The notes beneath the pieces are model-generated. The model ran no database searches. It saw only the letters and a list, made by a program, of their open reading frames with translations, and was not told the origin of the DNA. From positions 1-62,787 of IMG/VR virus record IMGVR_UViG_3300035672_000002: a stretch of DNA of 62,787 bases, one strand, 5' to 3'. Numbering within the stretch: the first letter of the stretch is position 1; every line of letters begins with the position of its first letter. This DNA is from a virus (Duplodnaviria; Caudoviricetes). Positions 35,908 to 45,141 of this stretch are shown here, one piece after another. The translations under genes were made by a program, and so were the position numbers.

Positions 35908-36525
35908 CAGATTTCACATCTATTTCATGAAGATTCTTCCAGGTCGTATCCCCGTTTCTCTACCTTACTGTCCTCTCTCACGTATCACCCTCACTCGAAT
36001 ATCGCTACTTGAGTATCGAAACTCCGGTATCGTTAATCGAAATGCGTAGTTCCACCCCCGAATTCTACCGACTTCCACCGACTTTCCACCGGGCTTCCCG
36101 CCCGAATTCCGCTCTCCCTCCCTCGCTCCCCAACACACTTGTCACGTCCGTCACTACGTTAGTACGTCAGTAGTTAGTTCCGTCACGACGTCACTCCATA
36201 ACGTGCCACCACTACGTGCGCCGCGAAGTACTAGAACGCATCACGTACTCCGTACCGCAAAGTACTTCGTACTCGCGTGCTGAATGTCGAACGTCGGATG
36301 TCGTGTCTGCGGTCCGCGCGTGTGTGTGCTCGAACAGGTGCGGACGCTACTGACTACTGACTACGCACCCACACGCCTCTACTGATGTACAGACCTGCAC
36401 CTCTACTGATGTAGTTACTTACGGAAGTAATTGTCCGCGGCTGTACGGTAGGGAGTGGGGAGTCGGGCGCGCGGGAGGACGCACGGCGAAAAAATAAATC
36501 ACCCAAAATAGTTACTTCGACGGAC

Positions 36526-36554
36526 TTGACTGTGAGTCAACTAACGTGTAGGCT
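36526..36554 (+). promoter_or_regulatory. Sigma70-type promoter with palindromic operator
   Basis: TTGACT-17 nt-TAGGCT; palindrome TTGACT-GTG-AGTCAA at 36526-36540; A-rich upstream tract. Confidence 0.7.
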
Positions 36555-36580
36555 CCGCACGTTGAAGAGGAGGTCAGTAG

Positions 36581-36961
36581 ATGATTGAGGGACAGTGGGC
36601 AGGATCGTCAGGATCGTCATGGTCAGCAGAGTCAGAACGCACACGCGCGGGTGAAGTAACACGGATGGAGCGGACGGGCACGCGAGGGAACCGCTCAATG
36701 ACCCGAAGCGCGCGGCAACGAGTGAACCGGAACGCGCGCCGACTGGTAGAGCACATCACGTGTGACATGGGGCTGCGGCGGTGGATGATCAGTCTCCTGA
36801 CTGACGGCGGGCTCGATGCGGCGACACTCCGGCAGTGGGCGGACCGCAGGCCGCAAGTCATCGGTAGGGGTGGGGTAGTGGGTGTGCTCGGAGACGCGTC
36901 AGTAGCGGCGGAGATCAACTGGGAGTATGCTGCGGAGATGGTGAACCGGAGGATACGATGA
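36581..36961 (+). CDS. Hypothetical protein
   Basis: GAGGAGG RBS; first gene of the + arm. Confidence 0.6.
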   Translation: MIEGQWAGSSGSSWSAESERTRAGEVTRMERTGTRGNRSMTRSARQRVNRNARRLVEHITCDMGLRRWMISLLTDGGLDAATLRQWADRRPQVIGRGGVVGVLGDASVAAEINWEYAAEMVNRRIR

Positions 36962-37317
36962 TCGCCGCCGACGCGCTGCCACTACTTGTTGTCGGATTCA
37001 CCCTCGGCGCGTGCGCGTATCCGTTCGGATCGTGGCTCCGCGATCGGGTCGAACGCATCAGGCCCGTGAGATGGAAGTATCGTGATGTGTGCGGACGTCA
37101 GTGTAGGATCAGATCGTGAGTTACTTTTCAATCATCGAGTTGGACACGAAACGGCTCTTACCCGTCCGACTCGCTCCGAAAGCTCTGCCGCCGTGCAGTC
37201 ACCGGCAGGTGTACTACACTCCGCGTGGTGGTATTAGATGCGCAGACTGCTGCGAAACTGTTGGCGAGTGGTCAGACTGACGGCGGATGGCTGTAGGGTT
37301 ATACTCTCCAATCACTG

Positions 37318-38193
37318 ATGAAGAAGAAGCGCACGAACGACCACGACGACTCTTCGAACGGACGTCGTCGTCGCAGATTCATCCGCAAGGTGGCTGAGCG
37401 CCCTGGCCGTCGTCCCCGCGCGAAACGCGATCCGTCTCTCGGGCCACCTGCCCCTCCCGTCCCACCTGTCCTCCGTGAGCGGGCGTCGTCGAAAAGCCGT
37501 CAGGTCGGGCAGAACCTGTACGACCTTCTCGGTGGCCGTGACGAGATCGTCAACCTGCTGCCTGTCGATCCGAAAGACTTGAAAGCATCTGCTCTGCGGG
37601 ACGCGCTGATGGACACGAGGCACGTAGACACTGACGGAGGGTTGAAGAGGCGTTTCGATACGCTCTACCTCTCCGCCGGCTACTCCGCGAAGGATCTGTT
37701 CGAACTCTTCGACAACCGGCAGCAGGCGCACGCGTTAGTAGTAGCGTCAGCTGCGAAGCCGCGACTCGTGGGCGAGCTGGTTGACGCGGCATCGGTGAAG
37801 TTTGTGCCGTGTGACGTCTGTGGTGGTGAGATAAGAGTGGCACGAACGGACGAGGACGGGGAGTTCGTGCGATGGGACGTATGTCCCGTCGAGCATGCGG
37901 ATGAGCGAGGACGTGTGACGGTCGACGGGAACAGAGCCGCGCGGGAACTCTACTTCGAGCAGTTCGGCTTCAAGCAGTCCGCGCCGCTCGTCAGTATCGA
38001 TTCGCGTCAGGATAACAGGCGGGTGTCGTTCGTCATGGGGATGCCGGGGACGAGTCCGTCTCCGCTGGCATTGATTAAAGCATTGGAGCTGGTGCCGGAC
38101 GTAGGGGCGTCAAACAGACAGTTGACAGAAGCTACTACTGAAGGTACGATGCATGCGATGAGTACAGTAGATGCGGAGATAGTCGAACAATGA
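37318..38193 (+). CDS. Possible terminase small subunit / Zn-finger protein
   Basis: CDVC...C motif, helical core, upstream of TerL; inferred from position only. Confidence 0.4.
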   Translation: MKKKRTNDHDDSSNGRRRRRFIRKVAERPGRRPRAKRDPSLGPPAPPVPPVLRERASSKSRQVGQNLYDLLGGRDEIVNLLPVDPKDLKASALRDALMDTRHVDTDGGLKRRFDTLYLSAGYSAKDLFELFDNRQQAHALVVASAAKPRLVGELVDAASVKFVPCDVCGGEIRVARTDEDGEFVRWDVCPVEHADERGRVTVDGNRAARELYFEQFGFKQSAPLVSIDSRQDNRRVSFVMGMPGTSPSPLALIKALELVPDVGASNRQLTEATTEGTMHAMSTVDAEIVEQ

Positions 38194-38459
38194 ACGGGCT
38201 GATGCTTGACGAGCGGTTCTACCGTCCTGCCTTCGCGCCGATCAAGCCGACGACTGCCGACGATTCACGCTGTCCGGACTGCGGTCGCCCCACCACTAGT
38301 AAGCCTGTTCGTCGCTGCGCTGCCTGCGGTAAGGGGATGAGTGGGCACGACAAGTGGTACTTCCGTGACGACGGAAGAATCCAACACAAGAACTGCAACG
38401 ACCCCACGGCACACCAGCCGACGGGCTTTCGTCCCGATACGCTAGAAGGAGTTACTTAA
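38190..38459 (+). CDS. Zinc-finger protein
   Basis: CPDC, CAAC, HKNC. Confidence 0.6.
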   Translation: MNGLMLDERFYRPAFAPIKPTTADDSRCPDCGRPTTSKPVRRCAACGKGMSGHDKWYFRDDGRIQHKNCNDPTAHQPTGFRPDTLEGVT

Positions 38460-38710
38460 TGACGTACCCCGGATGGTCTCAAGCTGATACTGACCAATAC
38501 ACTTCAATCGTCCAGTCTGTTACTGACGATCCGAAGTACAAAGGGTATTCGCACGATCGTGTGCAGAAGCTCGCTGCGTCGATCGTAAACAAGAAACGCG
38601 CGGCGGCAGGCAGGACGAGGCGGCAGTTGAAGAGTGAAGAGACTGCTACTGCTCCTACTACCACCACTGCTACGACATCGACGGCGGGCACGTCAGGAGC
38701 TGTGAAGTGA
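38459..38710 (+). CDS. Hypothetical protein
   Basis: AAGGAG RBS; TAATG coupling. Confidence 0.6.
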   Translation: MTYPGWSQADTDQYTSIVQSVTDDPKYKGYSHDRVQKLAASIVNKKRAAAGRTRRQLKSEETATAPTTTTATTSTAGTSGAVK

Positions 38711-38925
38711 GTAATCTCGAAGTTACTCCTGAAGAGTTCTCCGTGATTCACGATCGGGCTGCCTCATTGCCTGATTCCGAGTTCGCTCGCTGGATGATCG
38801 AGCATTTCGGAGATCGCTGTCCTGATCTCCGCTACGGATTACCGACCGAGGTTCATGTAGTAGGGCCGATCAACGTCAAGAGTCCGCGCAGCTTCACGAC
38901 GCTCGAAGTGTGGAGGATCGACTGA
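38707..38925 (+). CDS. Hypothetical protein
   Basis: AGGAG RBS; GTGA coupling. Confidence 0.55.
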   Translation: MSNLEVTPEEFSVIHDRAASLPDSEFARWMIEHFGDRCPDLRYGLPTEVHVVGPINVKSPRSFTTLEVWRID

Positions 38926-38926
38926 C

Positions 38927-39232
38927 GTGGATGTCTTCTCTGGTGATTCCGGCTTCTTCGTTTTTCGTGATATTCGGGGTCAGAGCTGGCGGATGGTACA
39001 AAGGCCGATGACGTGGAAGGAACGTATTAAGACTCTATTGAAGATGGATCTTCTTAACTCCACGTACCGGACGTTGAGCTGGCAAGCATTCAAACGCGGG
39101 ACCGTGTATTGCTTCCAACTGGTCACGCTGGCCGCGGACATGGGTGATCCGAAGAAGCAGGTCGGCTTCGGTGACGTACAGATAGAGAATCTCATCCGAG
39201 TTCACGAGAAGTTTCCGTACACCGTCCGATGA
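38927..39232 (+). CDS. Hypothetical protein
   Basis: GGAGG RBS. Confidence 0.55.
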   Translation: MDVFSGDSGFFVFRDIRGQSWRMVQRPMTWKERIKTLLKMDLLNSTYRTLSWQAFKRGTVYCFQLVTLAADMGDPKKQVGFGDVQIENLIRVHEKFPYTVR

Positions 39233-39579
39233 GCCTCTTCTCCGACATCCGTGACTTCCGTGACTCGTTCCGCGTCATGCGTGTCTTCGTCCGCATGTCC
39301 CGTGACCTCTCGTCGATCGCATCGACCCTCGAAGCCTTCCGCTTGCACTTCGACATCAAGTCAGTATCGGAGCGTGAGACCGAGATGCAATTCGCAGAGT
39401 CTGAAGCTGCGAAGATCGACAAGAATCCCGAACTCGCGCGTATACCGTCGCAGCTCGAACTCGCACTCGAAGACATACGGGATAGGAAGCGTCAAGGTCA
39501 GACGATCGACGAAGAAGAGATCCTCGCGGCAGCACAGGCGATGGACGATGACGAAGATCGAAGCAAGTCGGTTTGGTGA
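39229..39579 (+). CDS. Hypothetical protein
   Basis: ATGA-coupled. Confidence 0.6.
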   Translation: MSLFSDIRDFRDSFRVMRVFVRMSRDLSSIASTLEAFRLHFDIKSVSERETEMQFAESEAAKIDKNPELARIPSQLELALEDIRDRKRQGQTIDEEEILAAAQAMDDDEDRSKSVW

Positions 39580-39625
39580 TACTATACTGAAGAGATTCAA
39601 GCTTTAAGGTCTTTGACAATTTCAT

Positions 39626-39933
39626 GGGGGCGTACTGGTTTCGACGGAATAGTACGACCTCGATTAGCACGCCGGTAAGGAGCGACCGCAACAGCCCAAA
39701 AACGCACAAACGCCAACACTGATAATGTCGTGTACGCGAACTTCGGCGAGGGTGTCTCCGACGCCCCGACCCAGATGAGCGAACCCACTCCGTGGGCGCC
39801 CATGGCAATCGCAGCATAAGTAGTTCTCACTTTCCGCCCAACAGCAGACAGCCACTGCGCAAAGGGTAAGCGTGTAAAGCAGATCGAGGAAGTCTAGTTT
39901 CGGACGCGGGTTCGACTCCCGCCGCCTCCACCA
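39626..39933 (+). ncRNA. ssrA: tmRNA (308 nt); tag reading frame 39712-39819 ANTDNVVYANFGEGVSDAPTQMSEPTPWAPMAIAA*
   Basis: 5' GGGGGCG pairs with CGCCUCC-A-CCA including G3:U; GGTTTCGAC 5' motif; GGACGCGGGTTCGACTCCCGC T-arm; GCACGC/GCGTGT and CCTCGAT/ATCGAGG helix 2; tag ends in AA. Confidence 0.95.
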
Positions 39934-39994
39934 ATTCGTCGTACGGTCGTATGATCGTACGATCCTGTGAGATACTCTGTGAAGGAGCTAGCCG

Positions 39995-40204
39995 ATGAGC
40001 AAGTCGTCCGCACCCGTACCCGCCCCAACATTCGAACTCCCGAAACCCGTCCTCCCGTGTCCGACCTCTCCGCTCCAGCAGACTGAGGGTGAATCGTGGG
40101 AGCACACCCGTGACATGCCGTCGTCGTACGATCGCTACCGCAACGATCACATTACGGATCGCGTCGACAGTGAAAATACGGAGATGGGTGACAATGACGA
40201 TTGA
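39995..40204 (+). CDS. Hypothetical protein
   Basis: AAGGAG RBS. Confidence 0.5.
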   Translation: MSKSSAPVPAPTFELPKPVLPCPTSPLQQTEGESWEHTRDMPSSYDRYRNDHITDRVDSENTEMGDNDD

Positions 40205-40676
40205 AGTGTTTCTGTTCCCTCCACTGATCGGCGGATCGTACGATGGCCCGAAACGCACCCTTCCGATGATGACTATTACCGTAGGTTTCTCGGAGGAAAG
40301 TTCAGCCGAAGACCGGACGAACCTAAAGTATAACGCCACGATTGCTTACACCGAAAAAGCCATCCGACGTTTCCTACTGTCCGATGAATATCAACAAGGG
40401 AAGATCAAAGCAGCGCTGTCACGTGGGACCGAGGGGACAAATGTTGCGATCGGTGATCCTCCTTCATGGGTGTTGGTGGAGAAGTCGAATGCGCGTCTAT
40501 GTTTCGGCCGTATTCGACCGGAACGCGGCTTGGTGAGTCCGAAAACGTACGATGGACTGCGTGATCTAGGTTCACCGGGGTATCGTACGAATCCTCTTCG
40601 AATATGCGGTGCTACGATCGTTATGGATGACGATGTTCCCGACGGGTTCATTCGTTGGTTCTACGGACGTGTCTGA
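40194..40676 (+). CDS. Hypothetical protein
   Basis: ORF coupled to neighbours. Confidence 0.55.
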   Translation: MTIEVFLFPPLIGGSYDGPKRTLPMMTITVGFSEESSAEDRTNLKYNATIAYTEKAIRRFLLSDEYQQGKIKAALSRGTEGTNVAIGDPPSWVLVEKSNARLCFGRIRPERGLVSPKTYDGLRDLGSPGYRTNPLRICGATIVMDDDVPDGFIRWFYGRV

Positions 40677-41307
40677 TCCAATGCCGTCTATTCTTCAGAC
40701 ATCCTTGATCTACGGCCATCTCGTTGTGCTCTCGTCATTCCTCTCTCCGACCATCCATCGCCGCGTGTGCGTCTGCCGTTGCGTCTGCGGCACCATGAAG
40801 ACCATCCGCCTCTCCGACCTCGTACGTCCTGACCGTCCTACCAGCTCTTGCGGCTGCAAAGCTCACGAGAAGAAGCACAACGGCCGGAACACCCCGACGT
40901 GGTGGACTTGGAAAGCGATGCGGCGCCGATGCTCCGACCCGAATCATCGCGACTTCAAACACTATGGAGGCCGTGGTATCCGGGTCTGTGACGAGTGGAA
41001 TGACCCGCAGAGCGGATTCGTCAGGTTCTTGGCAGATATGGATGAACGGCCGGCGGACCGGACGTTAGATCGTAGAGACGTCAATGGGAACTACGAGAAG
41101 TCGAACTGCCGGTGGAGTACTGCTACTGAACAAGCGTTCAACAAACGTCGGTGGACCCGCGTGAATGAGCGACGGAAGGTACTGCGAGACGAACGTCAAT
41201 CCGAGCTTGCACACTGGGATGAAGAAGAAGCTGCGTACCTCGCGTCTGCTACTATGACCGGCGAATGTACGCAGAGTCCATCGTCGATCGCAGGGTCCAG
41301 TCAGTAG
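40669..41307 (+). CDS. HNH-like homing endonuclease
   Basis: CRCVCG, SCGC, W.AM.RRC, YGGRGIRVC.EW, TLDR.DVNGNYE..NCRW.T..EQ..N. Confidence 0.88.
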   Translation: MSDPMPSILQTSLIYGHLVVLSSFLSPTIHRRVCVCRCVCGTMKTIRLSDLVRPDRPTSSCGCKAHEKKHNGRNTPTWWTWKAMRRRCSDPNHRDFKHYGGRGIRVCDEWNDPQSGFVRFLADMDERPADRTLDRRDVNGNYEKSNCRWSTATEQAFNKRRWTRVNERRKVLRDERQSELAHWDEEEAAYLASATMTGECTQSPSSIAGSSQ

Positions 41308-43448
41308 AACGTGCCTACAACGTCCGCCTCCACCGCTACCCCGTCTCCGACTCCGTCTCCATCTCGAACTTCATCTCCACGGACGCGTTCGACGACCGCG
41401 GACGTCAGGTCCGTCCCCTAGTCAGTTCGGAATCCGACTTCGTCTGGAACGAACTCGCACTCAGTAGAAGCGACTTCCGCTACTTCTCCGAACGCTACGT
41501 CCGCATCATCCTCGACAACGAATCCGGCTCGCGCGGGAACATCGTCCTCACGCCGGCCCAAGAGACAATCCTCAATCGGATGTCTGCTACTGAAGAACGT
41601 ATGTGGACCGAACGTGACTCCGGACGTACGCGTTTCGACGGGCAGTGTTACTTCCTGCATAAATCCGGGCAGATGGGCATCTCGACGCACTGCGCGATGG
41701 TCGGTGTCCATAGATTGAATTTCTACCCCGACACGATGGGCCTCATGGCGTCGTCGAACGATCAGATGACCCAGAAGTTGTACACCGACTACTTCCTCTC
41801 GGTCTACGACTCCCTCCCGCCGTGGATGCGTTCGCCTCTGAAATCCAAGGTGAAAGATCGCGGACTCGATTTCCTCTCCGAGTCCCGTTGCGTCCTCCAG
41901 GATGCTTCCCAGCGTGCCGCAGTCGGTCAGGGGTCGAAGTGGCATTACGTCCACCTCTCCGAGGTTGCTACATGGCCCGACCCTGTGAAGTCTTTTGAAG
42001 GATCTGACGGCGTCCTACCGCGTATCTCGCGCTCGATCAAGGCCGTTGCGTTCTTAGAATCTACATCAGCAGGTATGCACGACTGGTGGCACGAACGGAC
42101 CGAAGCCGCACGTAAGGGTGAGTTCGACCGCTGGCAGTACATATTCGTCGGCTGGTGGATGGTTCCGCTCTTTAAGCACGACTATCCGCCTGACGGGTGG
42201 GTTCCGCCGCCGGAAGCGTTAGAGGAATGTGCGCTGATCGAGCGTGTCTCCCATCTGTACACGGAGAGGGGTCAGACCGTGCGTCTGACAGTAGAACAAC
42301 TCTACTGGTGGTCCCGTGAGCGTGCCGACTACCAGAAAAAGGGCATCCTCAACGAGTTCTACAAAGCGTATCCGTCGATCCCCGAACAGTCGTTTACGCA
42401 CTCCGGTCAGTCCTCGTTCGAGTACGAGGTGCTGGAGAGTCTGCAACGCACGGTCACGATGCCGATTCCGTACGAACTCGCTACGGAGACGATCCCATCA
42501 GAACTCGTCATGTCCGATGCTGATATCCGAAGCATCGATCCACGCTTCCGCGAGATTTACACTGTAGGCAACTACGACATCGTAGCCATGCGCGTCCCGA
42601 TGGAGCAGCAGCACGATCCGCGCGGACTCATCCTGCTCTGGGAACCACCGTCAGCACAGCACGACTTTTTCGGTGGTGCCGATCCCGCTGTCGGTATCGC
42701 CAATTGGACCCGCTACACGAGGGCGCGCGCGGATACTCGTCGGGACAACTCTGCCATAGAGATCATCCGCCGCGGTTTCTATGGCAAGCCCGACGTCCAA
42801 GTCGCTGAGTTCGCCGCACCGATCTTCCCGCAGGACTTCGCCCTCTACCTCTACCTGCTCGGCAAGCTGTTCAAGGGCAGGGCAGAGGACAGACAGATGC
42901 TGTGGACGATCGAGGTCAACTTCCACGGCATCTTCTGCCAGCAGGAACTCGTCCAGCGGTACAACTACTCGAACCTCTACCAGCGCCGCAAGACTACTGA
43001 TGGAGCATCAGTAGACTTCATGGACAAGCTCGGGTGGTGGACCACGCCACAGACACTATCGGAACTATGGACATCAGGAAAAAAACACGTCAGCGCCGGA
43101 CAGTACGAGGCCCGTTCGAACTGGCTGGTGACGGAGATGCGCGATTGCCAGGACGAGGACATGCGGAGGAAGACGTCGCATAATCTACTGATCCGTGGTA
43201 GTGCGGAGGGGAGCAACAAGCACGATGATCGTGTGTACGCGAACCTATTCGCGTTAGAAGGGGCGCACTCGTGGACCCACGGGATGTTGCAGGCTCCGTC
43301 CCCGGTGATCGCGTCGGTCAGAGTCGAGGGTGGGCCGAAGACACGTGATAGCGCCTTCGTGCGGGACTTTACAGCGGCCGAGTACGACGATTTCGTACGT
43401 GATTGGGAAGCGACGATCGGAGAGTTGACAGACGGATTGGGGTACTGA
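41265..43448 (+). CDS. terL: Terminase large subunit
   Basis: KSGQMGIST (Walker A-like), VHLSEVA, LESTSAG, FVGWW, RNase H-like GADPA, DNSA, IEVN, HDDRV. Confidence 0.9.
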   Translation: MYAESIVDRRVQSVERAYNVRLHRYPVSDSVSISNFISTDAFDDRGRQVRPLVSSESDFVWNELALSRSDFRYFSERYVRIILDNESGSRGNIVLTPAQETILNRMSATEERMWTERDSGRTRFDGQCYFLHKSGQMGISTHCAMVGVHRLNFYPDTMGLMASSNDQMTQKLYTDYFLSVYDSLPPWMRSPLKSKVKDRGLDFLSESRCVLQDASQRAAVGQGSKWHYVHLSEVATWPDPVKSFEGSDGVLPRISRSIKAVAFLESTSAGMHDWWHERTEAARKGEFDRWQYIFVGWWMVPLFKHDYPPDGWVPPPEALEECALIERVSHLYTERGQTVRLTVEQLYWWSRERADYQKKGILNEFYKAYPSIPEQSFTHSGQSSFEYEVLESLQRTVTMPIPYELATETIPSELVMSDADIRSIDPRFREIYTVGNYDIVAMRVPMEQQHDPRGLILLWEPPSAQHDFFGGADPAVGIANWTRYTRARADTRRDNSAIEIIRRGFYGKPDVQVAEFAAPIFPQDFALYLYLLGKLFKGRAEDRQMLWTIEVNFHGIFCQQELVQRYNYSNLYQRRKTTDGASVDFMDKLGWWTTPQTLSELWTSGKKHVSAGQYEARSNWLVTEMRDCQDEDMRRKTSHNLLIRGSAEGSNKHDDRVYANLFALEGAHSWTHGMLQAPSPVIASVRVEGGPKTRDSAFVRDFTAAEYDDFVRDWEATIGELTDGLGY

Positions 43449-43586
43449 TAGTATTCTTCATGTGGGTTCTCCTCGGACACCACACCCCTCCTATCCACGT
43501 GGGGACTTCAGGGAGTCGCGACCTTGAAGTCCTCGCACCTTTTCCTTTACTGACCCTCCTGCCTGTGTTAGACTCCTTTAGGGCTT

Positions 43587-44282
43587 ATGACTGCGGAGTC
43601 CTTGCTCTTGGAAACTGTGGAGGGCTCTGAATCTGACTCGGAGCCTTCCCTTTCCGACCACCTTCCACGCCGGATCGTCGGTCAACTAGTTGACGGATCA
43701 GTGTCGGTCAAGATACCCTCCCGACCCATGAAGAAAGCAGTAATCGGTAAGACAGTCAGTAAGACAGCTTTTCGACAGGCTCCGAAGCCGCAACCGCCGC
43801 AACCTACGCAACCTACCCAACCTCCGTTGAACGTCGTTCCGATCGACGACGTGACGCGTCTACTGATGGATGGGTTCAAGGCAAACCTCGACGAGGTCCG
43901 CGAGCTATGCGAAGCTGCGAAGCATCCGATGGTGACCGTCCATAAACCTAAGAGTGCAAACACCACCTTCCCTCCCGGTACTACTGTGTTTTCCGCTGCC
44001 AACGATATCAAACCCATCCTCCTCAACGACTCTGACCGCGTCACCCTCGAAGCTCTCTTCGGCGGCGAACCGTTGTCGTCCCCATCCGACGTCCTCCGTC
44101 TCTCCCTTCGTCTCTCCATCGTCCGTCTCCTCGGACCTTCCGGCGAGGCGTGTTCCACCACCATCCCGCTCGATACGCTCGAACGGCTCGAAGCCCGTCG
44201 TCCCGTCGACACCACCCTCAAGGAGATGATCGAGCGTGGGTTCGCAGACTACCTCGAAGGTCTCATCAACGGAGTCTTCTGA
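43587..44282 (+). CDS. Hypothetical protein
   Basis: Long ORF between terL and the portal gene. Confidence 0.6.
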   Translation: MTAESLLLETVEGSESDSEPSLSDHLPRRIVGQLVDGSVSVKIPSRPMKKAVIGKTVSKTAFRQAPKPQPPQPTQPTQPPLNVVPIDDVTRLLMDGFKANLDEVRELCEAAKHPMVTVHKPKSANTTFPPGTTVFSAANDIKPILLNDSDRVTLEALFGGEPLSSPSDVLRLSLRLSIVRLLGPSGEACSTTIPLDTLERLEARRPVDTTLKEMIERGFADYLEGLINGVF

Positions 44283-44551
44283 TGCCATCACCACTGACAG
44301 TTGAGCCGCGTCATATTCAGCGACAGCGCACTCTTTCCACTATCGCCGATCCGGAAATCGTGATCGAGAAGTGGAGGGAATCCGATCGTTACGAACAGGA
44401 GTCGTGTGCACGAAAGATCGAGCAGGATATTGAGCCGATCTGCGTTGATAGGACTTTCGGGGAACTGGTGGCTGAGCAGCGTAACGTAGACGAGAAGTCG
44501 CGAATCTGGTGGGAGACTCACTTCCCGGATTTCCGTGAGAAGGGTGTCTAA
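44282..44551 (+). CDS. Hypothetical protein
   Basis: TGATG coupling. Confidence 0.55.
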   Translation: MPSPLTVEPRHIQRQRTLSTIADPEIVIEKWRESDRYEQESCARKIEQDIEPICVDRTFGELVAEQRNVDEKSRIWWETHFPDFREKGV

Positions 44552-44557
44552 CTCATC

Positions 44558-45121
44558 ATGGCGTACGGTCGTGGTGTCTTTCGCTCACTCGAATGTCTCA
44601 CCTGCGGAGCGCAGTTCCGTCGTCTGCTTTTCTCCTGGTCAGACCCTGACGACCCGCGCAACGAACTCCACCAGAACTTATGCCCCAACCTTAATTGCCT
44701 TAACCCTCACATCCGCATCCGCCCGTCTTCTAACTCTACTGTGATGCAAGTCCGCGCATCCCAACGCGCCGTCGTCTACCAGTTCCCTGACGGTACATGG
44801 TCCCAACCAGGGACGAACGACCCGAACGACCCTGTGGCGCAAGAGTGCATCCGTGACGGCGCCGTCCGCCGCGAGTTCTACCACACGCGTGAAATGACGG
44901 ATTTCCAACGTTCCATGCGCAAGTCCGCCACTGACGAATCCTCAGGCTATAACGACGTCATAGACATGGACGAATCGTCCCGCCGCGACCGCGGCGCTGA
45001 CACGCGTGACATGCAGGATCTTCACCGTCGTGAGGATCGTCTCCGCACGGCCTTCGACCACTTCCAGGGACGACTCGGCGGCGAGCGGTACGAGCAGCTC
45101 CTCAAGCGTCTGAACCGGTAA
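44558..45121 (+). CDS. Zinc-ribbon (FmdB-like) protein
   Basis: CLTCG...CPNLNC; precedes the portal gene. Confidence 0.6.
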   Translation: MAYGRGVFRSLECLTCGAQFRRLLFSWSDPDDPRNELHQNLCPNLNCLNPHIRIRPSSNSTVMQVRASQRAVVYQFPDGTWSQPGTNDPNDPVAQECIRDGAVRREFYHTREMTDFQRSMRKSATDESSGYNDVIDMDESSRRDRGADTRDMQDLHRREDRLRTAFDHFQGRLGGERYEQLLKRLNR

Positions 45122-45141
45122 GAGTGTAAAGTGTCGGGTTG

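Noticed and set aside
36340-36415. CRISPR mini-array
   Set aside because: Repeats are too short and irregularly spaced; no cas genes
39890-39933. Stand-alone tRNA gene
   Set aside because: The T-arm and CCA belong to the tmRNA; there is no anticodon arm
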